Source: a virus
Strand: one strand, 5' to 3'
Length of the DNA: 64,000 nt
IMG/VR virus record: IMGVR_UViG_3300008085_000023
Span: 1-64,000 of that record
This document shows positions 30,099-39,707 of the stretch, one piece after another (the first letter of the stretch is position 1; each line of letters starts with the position of its first letter). A model generated the notes under the pieces. That model ran no database searches. It was not told the DNA's origin and worked only from the letters and a program-made list of their open reading frames with translations. Both the position numbers and the translations under genes were made by a program.

Positions 30099-31052
30099 TT
30101 AGTCGTCGTCTTCAGCCAATTTCTTGAAGAAGCCCATCATGCTATCGTCCCCAGCGTCAGCCGCATCCAATGATTCCACATCGTTGGAATCATCACCCAT
30201 TGAAAGATTATCGTCATCATCAACAGCGTGATTAGGCTGAGCTTTTTGCGTTTTACCGACAGATGGCGTCCGCTGAGTCCGACCAGCCGTTGCGACTGGA
30301 GCCTGACCTGGGACACCCGCAGGACCGAAGACCTCGGCTAATTTCTTAGCCAATTCCTCATAGGTCTTATACTCAGCCGGATTTGAGAACTCTTCCAGTG
30401 AGAAGAAGTTTTCATACAACTTCTTGAGCTCGGCATCGGTACCCACCTTGCTTGGTGAGTCGAATTCAGACTTATCGTAATTGCGATAGCCCTCAACCTT
30501 GCGAATCTTCAACTTGAAGTTAGCACCTTCCCACAAATCGAATGGGTTTATCGGTGTTTCATCTTCAAAGGCAGGCTGCATGGCTTCCATGAGCTTATCA
30601 AAGATCTTCTTTCCAAACTTGAAGAGAAAAACCTTGCCTTCGTTGTCGGTATTGCCAGAGTCGCTGACAACCAAAACGTTTGCAACGTAATGGAGACGAC
30701 GCTTCTGGTTCCGTGCCTGTTCCTTGTCAGCCTCGACGCCAGTATTCCAAAGATAAGAGTTCATCTCCATTACTGGGTCATGATCCTGTCCAATAGAACT
30801 CAAGGACTTTTCGAAATACCACTTACCCGTTGGGCCCTTGAAGCCATGATCCCACCACTGCGCCCAAGGCAGAGCATCTGCATCTTGCTGAGGGAGAAAG
30901 CGAAGAACAGCATAGCCATTGCCTGCTTTATCGAGGGTAGGTGTCCAGAAACGATCGTCTCCAGAAGACTTTGTAGCACCAGCCTGCTTTGCCGCGTCAA
31001 GCAGCTTATCAAGTTGGGATTTGCGAGTGGACTTTAGTGATTCGAATGACAT
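30099..31052 (-). CDS. gp32: Single-stranded DNA-binding protein gp32
   Basis: DDRFW....DKAGNGYAV.RFLP, FGKKIFDK, NPFDLWEGANFKLK, YRNYDKSEF, acidic tail. Confidence 0.97.
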   Translation of the reverse strand: MSFESLKSTRKSQLDKLLDAAKQAGATKSSGDDRFWTPTLDKAGNGYAVLRFLPQQDADALPWAQWWDHGFKGPTGKWYFEKSLSSIGQDHDPVMEMNSYLWNTGVEADKEQARNQKRRLHYVANVLVVSDSGNTDNEGKVFLFKFGKKIFDKLMEAMQPAFEDETPINPFDLWEGANFKLKIRKVEGYRNYDKSEFDSPSKVGTDAELKKLYENFFSLEEFSNPAEYKTYEELAKKLAEVFGPAGVPGQAPVATAGRTQRTPSVGKTQKAQPNHAVDDDDNLSMGDDSNDVESLDAADAGDDSMMGFFKKLAEDDD

Positions 31053-31106
31053 ATGTATTTCCTTATTTAGTGTGTTATTGTATTCGACGTTTTTGTTGTA
31101 TAGTTC

Positions 31107-31158
31107 TATTTATACAAGATGTAGGTTCTACTATACCACATATGAGTGGTATTGTACA
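31107..31158 (-). promoter_or_regulatory. Tandem late (31107-31114) and early (31130-31158) promoters for gp32
   Basis: TATAAATA plus TGTACA-N17-TATAGT. Confidence 0.75.
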
Positions 31159-31167
31159 CCGTTATTT

Positions 31168-31494
31168 TTAGAAGTAACGCTCTTCTCCATTGGACGTACG
31201 CCGCAGTCCTATTGGTATCTGCTCGCCGACTCCATTGGTCTTGACAAGCAATTGCCAACGTCCATTGAGTAGCAGTTTACGATACTTGTGAGGTAGAGCA
31301 TTTAAAAACTCCATCTGCGCCTGCATTTTCTTCAGTCCGGTAATTTCTTCTTCACTCATCGGCGAACCGCTTTCAACTTCAGCTTTGATGAGCTCTCCTT
31401 TAGGAATAAATTCCTCGGTCATTGGCGGTGCAACGTCATCGATGATGACAAGATTCTGCCTCGGAGTCTCAACGGTTTGGTCTTCTGTAGTCAT
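31168..31494 (-). CDS. Hypothetical protein
   Basis: ORF coupled (ATGA overlap) to gp59. Confidence 0.6.
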   Translation of the reverse strand: MTTEDQTVETPRQNLVIIDDVAPPMTEEFIPKGELIKAEVESGSPMSEEEITGLKKMQAQMEFLNALPHKYRKLLLNGRWQLLVKTNGVGEQIPIGLRRTSNGEERYF

Positions 31495-32084
31495 ACTTCC
31501 CTTCTAGCGAAGTAATCCTTTATGATGCTTCGCATTTTCTTTTGGTTTATATGGGGCCCAACGAATGGAGTCGCTTTTAAAATACGATTCCTGACATCAG
31601 GCCACAATAGTCGATCTTCAATATGAGGATCTACAGCGTTGATGAAGTTAGTGACGCAATGGAAAGCAATGACGGTCTCAGCCATGATTTCACTCGCAAG
31701 GTATAGCTTCATTATTTCGGGCATATCGCCCTTGATTGGCGAAAGTAATTCATCCAATGTTTTATCAGGCATCTTGTTCAAATCTTGTTTGAATCGATAA
31801 CTAAATGTTTGTGTACGTTTGATGAATTCAATGTATGGTTCTTCAGAGAGATCACCGGCCCATGTAGCATTACGGAAAAAGTAATTTACAAAGGCGTATG
31901 TTTTCATTTCATCTTCGTTGAATCGTCGTGCCAACTTCTCAAATAGAAACATGTTGCGTTGCCGCGAGAATATTTCTGGTGTCAACTGTTTTGTTTTGAA
32001 GTTAAATTTAAACGCATTGTAGGAGTCCGATTGGAAATGCATTTTTGTAGTAGTTGCAATTTGCCATGCTCGGTGTCCAGTCAT
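31491..32084 (-). CDS. gp59: Helicase loader gp59
   Basis: KMHF....YNAFKFN, FEKLARRF, Y.FKQDL, I.AET; located between gp33 and gp32. Confidence 0.85.
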   Translation of the reverse strand: MTGHRAWQIATTTKMHFQSDSYNAFKFNFKTKQLTPEIFSRQRNMFLFEKLARRFNEDEMKTYAFVNYFFRNATWAGDLSEEPYIEFIKRTQTFSYRFKQDLNKMPDKTLDELLSPIKGDMPEIMKLYLASEIMAETVIAFHCVTNFINAVDPHIEDRLLWPDVRNRILKATPFVGPHINQKKMRSIIKDYFARREV

Positions 32085-32263
32085 TTCGTCTCATCTCCAT
32101 AAGCGCATGGGGCACAAGTTATAGCTCTTTTGGCTCCAATAAATTGCTTCTTGCAATTGAAGCATACACATACGTAATCACCGGGCGCCCAGGTGCCCTT
32201 GTGTGGTCGAATGTCTTTCTTTGCATCCTCCCACCATGGTTTTACATTAGGCATTACATACAC
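32081..32263 (-). CDS. Small Zn-ribbon hypothetical protein
   Basis: WAPGDY.C.C..C...F.G.KRA..C..CA. Confidence 0.6.
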   Translation of the reverse strand: MYVMPNVKPWWEDAKKDIRPHKGTWAPGDYVCVCFNCKKQFIGAKRAITCAPCAYGDETK

Positions 32264-32541
32264 TCATCAATAAAAGTATTATGAACAGGTTTGCGAATAT
32301 TTCGAAGGATGTTCATATTAATTGCATCCAATCGAAGTTTTTCTAGAAGTGGCCCCCTGATTAGAGGGGCTGCTTCTTCAGGTTCTAGTTCAAGCTCTTT
32401 ACATACTTCAATTACGGCCTCTATCGTATTCATCTCTTCATAGCGAATATATTGAAGCACCTTGGTGATGAACGCAGCTTTCTTCTCACCTAGTCCCAAC
32501 TCAAGCAATGCTTCAGCTTTTGTTTTAGCCGTATTTGACAT
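32254..32541 (-). CDS. gp33: Late transcription coactivator gp33
   Basis: IEAVIEVC...ELEPE....LI...L.EKL..DA..MN.L. Confidence 0.85.
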   Translation of the reverse strand: MSNTAKTKAEALLELGLGEKKAAFITKVLQYIRYEEMNTIEAVIEVCKELELEPEEAAPLIRGPLLEKLRLDAINMNILRNIRKPVHNTFIDECM

Positions 32542-32891
32542 TACGCCTTAACCTTAGTCCCTTTCAAACGCTTTTGCGATACCTTATTAGCAAACGCATT
32601 GAAGAACTCCAACACTGCCCTCGGATCCTGCTCAGTCCAGAGGCGGTAGTCATAGTTAGGATAGTACCCAACAATATTGGTGTCCTCAAAGGTATAAAGA
32701 TCACATGTGTTCAGTCCCTTATGCAGAACTGCAACATCCATGACGCCATTTTCTTTGCGGAACATGATTGACGTCTTACCACGCCGGGTGTTAAAGATCC
32801 ATCCGAAACCCAGGTCCTCACGGAAATTTGTGACCATGGTAAAACCACCGTTTGTGAGAATCTGAGTTATATCGCCTGTTCTGATGTCCAT
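32541..32891 (-). CDS. Hypothetical protein
   Basis: Start reassigned to ATG 32891 (AAGGA RBS). Confidence 0.55.
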   Translation of the reverse strand: MDIRTGDITQILTNGGFTMVTNFREDLGFGWIFNTRRGKTSIMFRKENGVMDVAVLHKGLNTCDLYTFEDTNIVGYYPNYDYRLWTEQDPRAVLEFFNAFANKVSQKRLKGTKVKA

Positions 32892-32905
32892 AGCTGCTGC
32901 TATCC

Positions 32906-33352
32906 TTAATTTTGCCGATAGAACATGTGATGTCCTATCGTTGTTGTTGTTATCATTGCACTCGCCCAATAAGGGTTCACACTGATCGTATGATAGTGAG
33001 TCGCCCCTCCTGTGAGATTTGTAGTTGGCCCATTAATAGATATCGCTACGGCAGTAGCAAACTTCGGATGAGCCATAGCCTTTTCCAAAAGCTCTTTACG
33101 CTTAGTGATGTTATTCCAACATGAAAATTGCTTCCGCCGCATGCATTCTTGTGCTGGGGTTCGGCCGGACTGTTGGGCGCGATTGCTGATGACTTCATAT
33201 ACAGCAGGCATCGCCTTGGTCGATCGTTCGCCCCCAGCTTCTAGAATTAGAGTTGCAGCGATTACGATGTCGTCGGAAATAGTGGACAGATCAAACGCAA
33301 ATGATGTTGAACATATAAGCAGCATTGCTAGAATGAATGTATAACACTTCAT
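32906..33352 (-). CDS. SleB/Hydrolase_2 cell-wall hydrolase with signal peptide
   Basis: T...EAGGE, V..VI.NR, QFSCWN, T.GATHYH, PYWA, IG.H.FY; N-term MKCYTFILAMLLICSTSFA. Confidence 0.88.
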   Translation of the reverse strand: MKCYTFILAMLLICSTSFAFDLSTISDDIVIAATLILEAGGERSTKAMPAVYEVISNRAQQSGRTPAQECMRRKQFSCWNNITKRKELLEKAMAHPKFATAVAISINGPTTNLTGGATHYHTISVNPYWASAMITTTTIGHHMFYRQN

Positions 33353-33498
33353 ACCTTCGTCCACATTGTCCATCTCCCTCTTGAAATATATTCGCGCCTA
33401 CCGCAACCATCACACCATCTACGGTAAGAAACATCTCGCCAATACATCCACTTATGAAAACCAAACCGGCATAATATGTATTGTATAATCTGTTTCAT
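33349..33498 (-). CDS. Small hypothetical protein (LC..G.HKW...C..CG)
   Basis: First ATG downstream of the early promoter at 33508-33536. Confidence 0.5.
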   Translation of the reverse strand: MKQIIQYILCRFGFHKWMYWRDVSYRRWCDGCGRREYISRGRWTMWTKV

Positions 33499-33505
33499 TC
33501 TAGAT

Positions 33506-33991
33506 CTAATATACCATAGTATGTTGTATTTGTACACCCTTATTTTTCTGAGAGCAATGTGTACATATTTGTGGCGGTTGACGTTGTGTACTGAAGAAAC
33601 CACAGTATTGGCATGTCCGAGCGGCAGTGCGCTCAGCCATACTTATAGCGCCGTTGAAGATATCGATGACGCTTTTGACACTAAAGTTCTTGTAGGGTGT
33701 AATCAACATCGTGTCACCATTCTTAATCCACGTGTAACTGCCATCATCTTCAAGAATAAGCTTGGTCGGATCTACAGTGAAACCATTAGTGTGATACCGC
33801 AATCCGCCAAACTTCACTTTAATCTGTTGAACGATTATGTTGATGCCATAATTGTGACGTCGCTCTGATCTCATCAATTGCAAATCCAACAGAATAGGCC
33901 ACCAACCAAATCCAACACATTCTGTTGGATCTATGTCACCTTCAAACAGCACCGACTTTATCCGTGCACGTAATATTTCTTCACACTGCAT
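33506..33991 (-). CDS. Conserved phage hypothetical protein
   Basis: GW..IL, QIK.KFGGLRY, S/A.RTC..CG motifs. Confidence 0.65.
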   Translation of the reverse strand: MQCEEILRARIKSVLFEGDIDPTECVGFGWWPILLDLQLMRSERRHNYGINIIVQQIKVKFGGLRYHTNGFTVDPTKLILEDDGSYTWIKNGDTMLITPYKNFSVKSVIDIFNGAISMAERTAARTCQYCGFFSTQRQPPQICTHCSQKNKGVQIQHTMVY

Positions 33992-34994
33992 TAGCGAATA
34001 ACCATGTCTTTGCAGCCTTAGCAACTGCAGAGCCTACTTCTTTCTTCTCGAGACCAGACGCCTGAATAACATCAGACTCTTCCTTAACGATATCTTCAAA
34101 CACCCAACGGATGAATGTGCCAATGTCCTTCTGTGTGAAGGCCTCGGGATCGCCATTAGTGATCTCGTGCATACCCTGGTTACAACGGTTGTCCGTTACA
34201 ACTGTAGTAACGAATTCCTTTATAGAATTCACCTTCTCAACATCAACTGCAGCGAGAGTTTTCACCTTAGATGTGCTATGCTTCTCACCCTTAACCTTAA
34301 ACCAAAAGCGTGAATGATTCCATTTAGGCTCAACAGGCGTCCAGACAATTCCTTCACCAATGCCATTAGCACCAAAAAATGCTGACACTGGACATTTAGC
34401 TTCGACGAGCTTTGTAAGCTCAGCTAACTGATTCTGAATTTCCTCAGGATTGTTGAAGTCAATAGTTGACCAGAATGTAGCAAAACGCGTATTGCTGTAG
34501 ATGCCAAGTTCTGGTAGGTCAATACATTCACGTTCAGACGGGCTAAGCCAACGATCGTTGTGCTTCACTGCGAAAATAACAAACATCTTATCAACCTGAT
34601 TGAGTGCAACGCCCTTTTGGATACTGCCCCCGCACCATTCACCAAAGACGGCAACAACGTTGTGGCCTTCAACGGGCCAAAGGTCTGGGAGTGTCTTTTG
34701 TAGTTCGGCAAGCTTAGGTTCCATGAATGCAGCGAAGCCTGCATTGTCATCTTTCCATGAGATTATACGCTTCCGAGATTGGATATGGCACTCATCATTG
34801 ATGAGATCAAACACTACTGCGGCGTTGGTTCCATGAAGCTTGACAGTGCCACGGTATGGAATAACAGGTTTAGGCTGAGTGTAATCAAGCACCTCATCGC
34901 CGTGAAACGTGGTACCGACGAATGCAGATGTCCGTTGGACTTCCTTAACTACATTACGAAACTGATTAATTTCTGGGAACTTAATGAATTCCAT
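33981..34994 (-). CDS. ATP-dependent RNA ligase (Rnl2-like)
   Basis: Motif I KLHGTN, QSR, FGEW.G, FAVK, GEGIVW, FKVKGEKH. Confidence 0.85.
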   Translation of the reverse strand: MEFIKFPEINQFRNVVKEVQRTSAFVGTTFHGDEVLDYTQPKPVIPYRGTVKLHGTNAAVVFDLINDECHIQSRKRIISWKDDNAGFAAFMEPKLAELQKTLPDLWPVEGHNVVAVFGEWCGGSIQKGVALNQVDKMFVIFAVKHNDRWLSPSERECIDLPELGIYSNTRFATFWSTIDFNNPEEIQNQLAELTKLVEAKCPVSAFFGANGIGEGIVWTPVEPKWNHSRFWFKVKGEKHSTSKVKTLAAVDVEKVNSIKEFVTTVVTDNRCNQGMHEITNGDPEAFTQKDIGTFIRWVFEDIVKEESDVIQASGLEKKEVGSAVAKAAKTWLFANAV

Positions 34995-35065
34995 GATTCT
35001 CCTTATTTTCTCTTTCTATTAAATGCATGGTACTAATATACCATAGTATGCGGTATTTGTACAGG

Positions 35066-35515
35066 TTAATATGGTCTAGGGTTAAGCTCAATGATGTTGA
35101 TATTACTTGCCTCGCTATAGTCACGACCTTCTCCAGCACAGATATAAGCTACCACTGCATGAGTGATCACTGGTTTATTACGAATATGCGTACACAATCC
35201 AGAAACGCAGCGCTCTAGAGACGCACCGGTGTCGATGAAGTCATCTAAGAAGATGTAATTGCCAAACTTACCCATGCTATTATCGCCGCTAATAACTCCA
35301 CCATGGCCTCGGCTTTTACCAACATGGATGTGGCACAGATCCCTTTCAAGCCTGAGCATAACACCCGCTGCGAGAATTGTCCCGCTGGATCCAGTTGATA
35401 CGAGACCGAGGATGTCATTCTCGGCAAGGATTAGCTTTACAGCTTTAACATAATAGGGAAGCACATTCTTAAGTGCGCGGGTTTCGTACAGAGTTGTTCC
35501 ATAATCTATATGCAT
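35066..35515 (-). CDS. Type I phosphoribosyltransferase
   Basis: PRPP loop YIFLDDFIDTGAS; TGSSG. Confidence 0.75.
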   Translation of the reverse strand: MHIDYGTTLYETRALKNVLPYYVKAVKLILAENDILGLVSTGSSGTILAAGVMLRLERDLCHIHVGKSRGHGGVISGDNSMGKFGNYIFLDDFIDTGASLERCVSGLCTHIRNKPVITHAVVAYICAGEGRDYSEASNINIIELNPRPY

Positions 35516-35591
35516 TGTGTCTTCCTTTGGTTATTCATTAACTACTGTATTATTATACTATAGTTGACAACAAATGTACACTATATTTTTT

Positions 35592-35975
35592 TCACTTGTC
35601 GTTAATCACATTACCGATGACTATAAAGCGTTTAGCTGTAATTGTATTGAGACCAATACCCGAAGCTGGATATTGCTTATTGCTGTTTTGAAACAGATGT
35701 AATTTATGATCTCTATCTGAACGACGAACAGTTCGCTGAGTGTTGCTATGATTATTCACCCGGCGTTCATATGGCGAACTCAAACATGCCTTTGTTTGTA
35801 AGACGTCACCTTCAAAAATCTCAGTTCCTTCTTTATCAAAGAATCCTGTAGATTCCTGAATAATGAATTCATCGGCGTTTAGCGCTTCAACGAGATATTG
35901 CTCAAGAAAATCCGGAATGGCCTTACGCGTGTCAGCCCAATATGCACGAAAATTAAAAATTCGGGATGTTTTCAT
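35592..35975 (-). CDS. YopX-family protein
   Basis: FRAY, Q.TG..DK.G.EIFEGDV, VIGN. Confidence 0.8.
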   Translation of the reverse strand: MKTSRIFNFRAYWADTRKAIPDFLEQYLVEALNADEFIIQESTGFFDKEGTEIFEGDVLQTKACLSSPYERRVNNHSNTQRTVRRSDRDHKLHLFQNSNKQYPASGIGLNTITAKRFIVIGNVINDK

Positions 35976-36304
35976 GCCCCAGCGCTTTCGAACAAAACTT
36001 TATAATTGTCTGGGATTAGATCATTAGCGAGCAGCGTGCGATTAGGCCATTGCAATGCTCCTTTACGACCAGCTAGGCGTGGATAGTTGCTGCCCCAGCC
36101 ATAATCTTCAACACCCAAGACAGTAATAACGAAGCCAGAATCACAACTGTACTTCTTTTCCTTCGACTTAATCGCAACGACCTTACCAAATTTCAAAGCA
36201 GCGGAGCGCCCCATTAAATGGGCATAGACAATGAAGTCTCCAACCCGTACGATATTGCCACCTTTATCTAAGTAACTTTCTAGTTGCATATCATTTTTCG
36301 CCAT
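35972..36304 (-). CDS. Hypothetical protein
   Basis: Coupled ORF in an early operon. Confidence 0.6.
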   Translation of the reverse strand: MAKNDMQLESYLDKGGNIVRVGDFIVYAHLMGRSAALKFGKVVAIKSKEKKYSCDSGFVITVLGVEDYGWGSNYPRLAGRKGALQWPNRTLLANDLIPDNYKVLFESAGA

Positions 36305-36737
36305 TTTGTATTTCCTTTATGTGTTTGCATGCTTTCTTGCGAAATTTGTATTGAGCACACGTGCATGTGTAATTTCCGCTGCCAAGATTATTGACAGTAT
36401 AGACATCACCTTTTGATCCTGTGACTTCCCATTGAGTTGTAATTTCATCTTGAGCAACCCCATCAATTGACGCAATGTTCTTTCGCTGCACCAATTCAAT
36501 AACAGATGATTGACCATCTAACCGCATTACACGATAATAGTGATCGGAATCAAACCCAGGAAGTTCACGCCAGGGAAGGGTAATTCCAGGAAATGCTTCA
36601 CCTACTCGCTTAACATATGGTGTGATCACGTCCTTAGTGACAAAGATATGTAGATCAGAGAGTGTAACTCCCTCTAAATATATGGTTTGCTCAGTTATAA
36701 GCTTATCACAAAGTTGTTGGCGACTCCTTTTCATCAT
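36291..36737 (-). CDS. SWIM zinc-finger protein
   Basis: V.GSKG..Y.V......CTC...KFR...CKHI. Confidence 0.8.
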   Translation of the reverse strand: MMKRSRQQLCDKLITEQTIYLEGVTLSDLHIFVTKDVITPYVKRVGEAFPGITLPWRELPGFDSDHYYRVMRLDGQSSVIELVQRKNIASIDGVAQDEITTQWEVTGSKGDVYTVNNLGSGNYTCTCAQYKFRKKACKHIKEIQNGEK

Positions 36738-36970
36738 ACATTCAAATTGCTTTCATCTATAGCGCCTTCAATGCACTGTAAAGTCGTCGGATCGTACTTT
36801 TGACCAAGGCCTGGCCCAATACCCATCCCACACTTCTCAAAACATGTAGGACACATCAATGCCCAGGGTCCTGCAATAGTTTTGCCATCGACGAAAAACT
36901 CGACGATATGGGGCTTCAGCGGCCCATCACATATATCGCATAGTTCATGCTCACTTAGCCACTTGCCCAT
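36734..36970 (-). CDS. Small Zn-binding phage protein
   Basis: CDIC...DGKT..GPWALMC..C...G.G.G.G.GQKY. Confidence 0.65.
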   Translation of the reverse strand: MGKWLSEHELCDICDGPLKPHIVEFFVDGKTIAGPWALMCPTCFEKCGMGIGPGLGQKYDPTTLQCIEGAIDESNLNV

Positions 36971-37145
36971 TGTATCTCCTTCACTTACTCATTAATAACA
37001 TCAACACCAAAAATAGAGGGGCTGCTGCCGGCTTGTAACGGCGAGTTAAAAAGACCCGAACCCCCAAGGTCTACCCGCTTGATATCGTGCACTTTACTGC
37101 ATCAACGTGAATCAGAAGCCCCACTGTTACAAGAGGGTTGAGCAA

Positions 37146-37218
37146 AGCTGTAATAGGATTCGAACCTATATCTGTCCGGACAAACTGTCCGCTGTGATTA
37201 CCATTACACCACACCGCT
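37146..37218 (-). ncRNA. tRNA-like element 1 with a non-canonical anticodon arm, within a larger structured RNA (~37010-37335)
   Basis: D arm GTG-TAATGGTAAT-CAC; CGGAC-AGTTT-GTCCG; T arm ATAGG-TTCGAAT-CCTAT; acceptor AGCGGTG/TACAGCT; no CCA. Confidence 0.7.
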
Positions 37219-37351
37219 CATCGCGCCTTGAAGCTTGCTGGCTTCGCTGGCTGATGTCTTCCTGCTTCGGTATTTCTGGGCAGCAACCCTTACTCTCACC
37301 TCAGCGCTTCTTCTCACATCAAATTTCAAAGATCAATTGCTTGATAAAACC

Positions 37352-37437
37352 ATTATACACCAGCTTTTTTAGCATGTACACCATTATATTCAATTATTTT
37401 CACCTGAAAAGCTAAGTCGGGCTCGATTAAGGACTTA
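37352..37437 (-). promoter_or_regulatory. Early promoter plus upstream palindrome (cassette A)
   Basis: TGTACA-N17-TATAAT at 37352-37380; TAAG-N17-CTTA at 37413-37437. Confidence 0.8.
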
Positions 37438-37681
37438 TGCTGAAAAATAGTTTTCGTGATGGTCCGAAAACGGTTGTAGAGATGGTAGAGATGGCTCCCA
37501 CGTGGTAGGAAGCCTCTCCACGTATTACGTACAGGCTGGCTCCTGAGTCACTCTAGAATGCATTGGACTCTCGGGTGTATGTTTACCCTCGTAAAACTGC
37601 AGAAACACTCCTGAATGCATCTCTAATCACGGAGCCCGATATCCGGACGACTTGGGAGACGACCCGAAACTTATTGACAAT

Positions 37682-37927
37682 CTACAGCGGAATAGCTCCA
37701 CCGAATTGTTCTACAATGTGTTTATTCATATGACACATAGCTTCAATGATAGTGGGATTATATATACCACGACCTAGGCGCATCACCTTACCCATTGCAT
37801 ATTTTATACGTTGATCATATGAATCATAGCTTTCCATATTATGTATCATGCAATAACCAACCATGCTATCATGGATTACAGTAGCAATATCTATGATACT
37901 ATATCTGTTAAACGATTCTTCAGACAT
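37682..37927 (-). CDS. Hypothetical protein
   Basis: ORF with AAGGA RBS. Confidence 0.55.
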   Translation of the reverse strand: MSEESFNRYSIIDIATVIHDSMVGYCMIHNMESYDSYDQRIKYAMGKVMRLGRGIYNPTIIEAMCHMNKHIVEQFGGAIPL

Positions 37928-37937
37928 TTAAGTTCCT

Positions 37938-38231
37938 TTAGAAAATGGTGGGTGCCGAAGGAATAACCATCCAATGAGTTAGCGTATCTCCCAGCCAGCA
38001 CTCGTCTCTTCCCTCGTCTCTCCAAAACCATTCACGCGTATCGGCCTCATACCAGACAATCCTAGCGCGATAACCATCCCACCCCATTACTTCGTCTGCG
38101 TTGGGCGGGAGTCGTTCGCAGCAAGGCACCCAACAATCACTTTGACCCGTACAGGAGGAAGTCGGTTTAGGTGGTGGCGGTGGCAGTTTGTTTTTCTCTG
38201 GCGCGTAGCTTCCGTATATCTCTAATTTCAT
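37938..38231 (-). CDS. DUF551-like protein
   Basis: WVPC.ERLP ... THWM.IP..P. Confidence 0.7.
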   Translation of the reverse strand: MKLEIYGSYAPEKNKLPPPPPKPTSSCTGQSDCWVPCCERLPPNADEVMGWDGYRARIVWYEADTREWFWRDEGRDECWLGDTLTHWMVIPSAPTIF

Positions 38232-38434
38232 TTCACATTCAACGCTAATACCATATCCTCTCGGATCTCTTCAGCAGCTTCCCGTCGAGCCTGCTTCTTC
38301 CAATAACGCCGGGTCTTCTGCTTACCGACTGAACGAATAACGTGGCCGGATCGAGTGGCCAGACCATAATGCCGAATATCTTCAACATCGGGCCATTCAA
38401 CACCATCTTCCCGCGGGATACCATATGCTTTCAT
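38228..38434 (-). CDS. Hypothetical protein
   Basis: MKAYG...KK.ARR basic motif; coupled ORF. Confidence 0.55.
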   Translation of the reverse strand: MKAYGIPREDGVEWPDVEDIRHYGLATRSGHVIRSVGKQKTRRYWKKQARREAAEEIREDMVLALNVK

Positions 38435-38446
38435 AACTTCATTCTC

Positions 38447-38641
38447 CTAGAATGTGGCGGTGGCAGCCGTAATCTTCTTCCCGAGCAGAGCGCTCAGGCC
38501 TTCATTCACAGCGTTGGCCATGGCTTGGTTCATATCACCAAACCCATACTGCCGGTGCTTTTCATTTGCCACAGCGATCGCCTCGGCCTTCCGTAGACGG
38601 AAGCGATATTCACCCAACGATTCACCTTCTAACATCTTCAT
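38447..38641 (-). CDS. Hypothetical protein
   Basis: Coupled to a 30-aa ORF (38638-38730) that follows an early promoter. Confidence 0.5.
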   Translation of the reverse strand: MKMLEGESLGEYRFRLRKAEAIAVANEKHRQYGFGDMNQAMANAVNEGLSALLGKKITAATATF

Positions 38642-38751
38642 ATCCGTGACGCATCCTGTATTAGTACGTTCCCAATTACAGCCAGCACCTTCAGCACTGT
38701 TTGCCCGATCTCTCTGCTTTGTTCGTTCATTATATTACTTCCTCTGATATT

Positions 38752-38837
38752 ATTATAAACCAGTTTCTGCAGCTTGTACACCATTATTTTCATTTATTTT
38801 CGGCTAAAAAGCTAAGGTCCAGCTTATCAAGCACTTA
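38752..38837 (-). promoter_or_regulatory. Early promoter plus upstream palindrome (cassette B)
   Basis: TGTACA-N17-TATAAT at 38752-38780; TAAG-N17-CTTA at 38813-38837. Confidence 0.8.
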
Positions 38838-39341
38838 TGCTGAAAAATAGTTTGTGGGCAGTAATAACGATGGTAGAGTAGATGTGTAAGTGGTTGATAC
38901 GCGGATGGCTCCTGAGTCACTCTTCAGGCCATTTTGCCCTTTTTGAAGGTAAATATACATCCTACGACTCAAAATGCTCTCAGGAGTGATTCCGGACTGC
39001 AGATTTGACTGTAGAGAGATTCTTAAGCTAGCATGCTAAAACACCAACGATAACCACGATCATGTGGGCCTTTATCGGTCGTGCCGGCAGGATTAAATAT
39101 ACAACCATCGTTACGAAACATGCTCACATAATATTCATATGGTTCTACACGGCGAGGCTAACGAAATTTGAGGGGTGGGATAAAGCCGTTAAGTTGATCT
39201 TTACGCGAGAAACGGATGGCTGATATGCATGTGCTAATAATATTTTGATGATAGTTAATCTTTTCATGCTCTAATAAACAGTAGTGTTGTTGTATACATT
39301 ATCTCGTCATCCTTTATGTTTTGAATCTAACATTGAGAAGA

Positions 39342-39707
39342 TCACACCCAAAAGTGGTATCTCCTGCACTTGGCGCAGGATTGACCTATAGGCACACCAT
39401 GTTGACATTGACCAGAGTATGGCCGATCAATAGCGTCCTTCTCCAAGGGTGCATCCACCTTTTGAGGCGGTGAACTTTGCTCGGCCGCTGTTTGGATAAT
39501 AGCCCTAAGCCGAACAATTTCAGCATTGGCTTCTGCAACAATCTTATCATAGTATTCTGTAGAGACGGTGTTGAGCTCAAGCAGTTGATAGTCGTGATAA
39601 CTGACGTACGTACCATTCAGATTATCAACAAACATACACGCTCTGCTGTCGTCCACGGGATCCACATGTGGATCGTATCTTAATACCATAACGTCGATAT
39701 CACTCAT
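39342..39707 (-). CDS. Hypothetical protein
   Basis: Follows the early promoter at 39739-39767; G.YV.Y.DY motif. Confidence 0.6.
   Translation of the reverse strand: MSDIDVMVLRYDPHVDPVDDSRACMFVDNLNGTYVSYHDYQLLELNTVSTEYYDKIVAEANAEIVRLRAIIQTAAEQSSPPQKVDAPLEKDAIDRPYSGQCQHGVPIGQSCAKCRRYHFWV

Noticed and set aside
37024-37042. Twister ribozyme: GCC-GTTACAAGCC-GGC resembles the twister P4/L4 hairpin
   Set aside because: I could not place P1/P2 or the GAGUA pseudoknot partner in correct register, and the loop has a perfect alternative partner at 37126-37133; an Rfam scan would settle it
37010-37335. tmRNA, Y RNA (YrlA) or T-box identity for the structured RNA
   Set aside because: No tmRNA acceptor/CCA end or tag ORF; arm order is canonical D-anticodon-T rather than the YrlA arrangement; no T-box antiterminator motif
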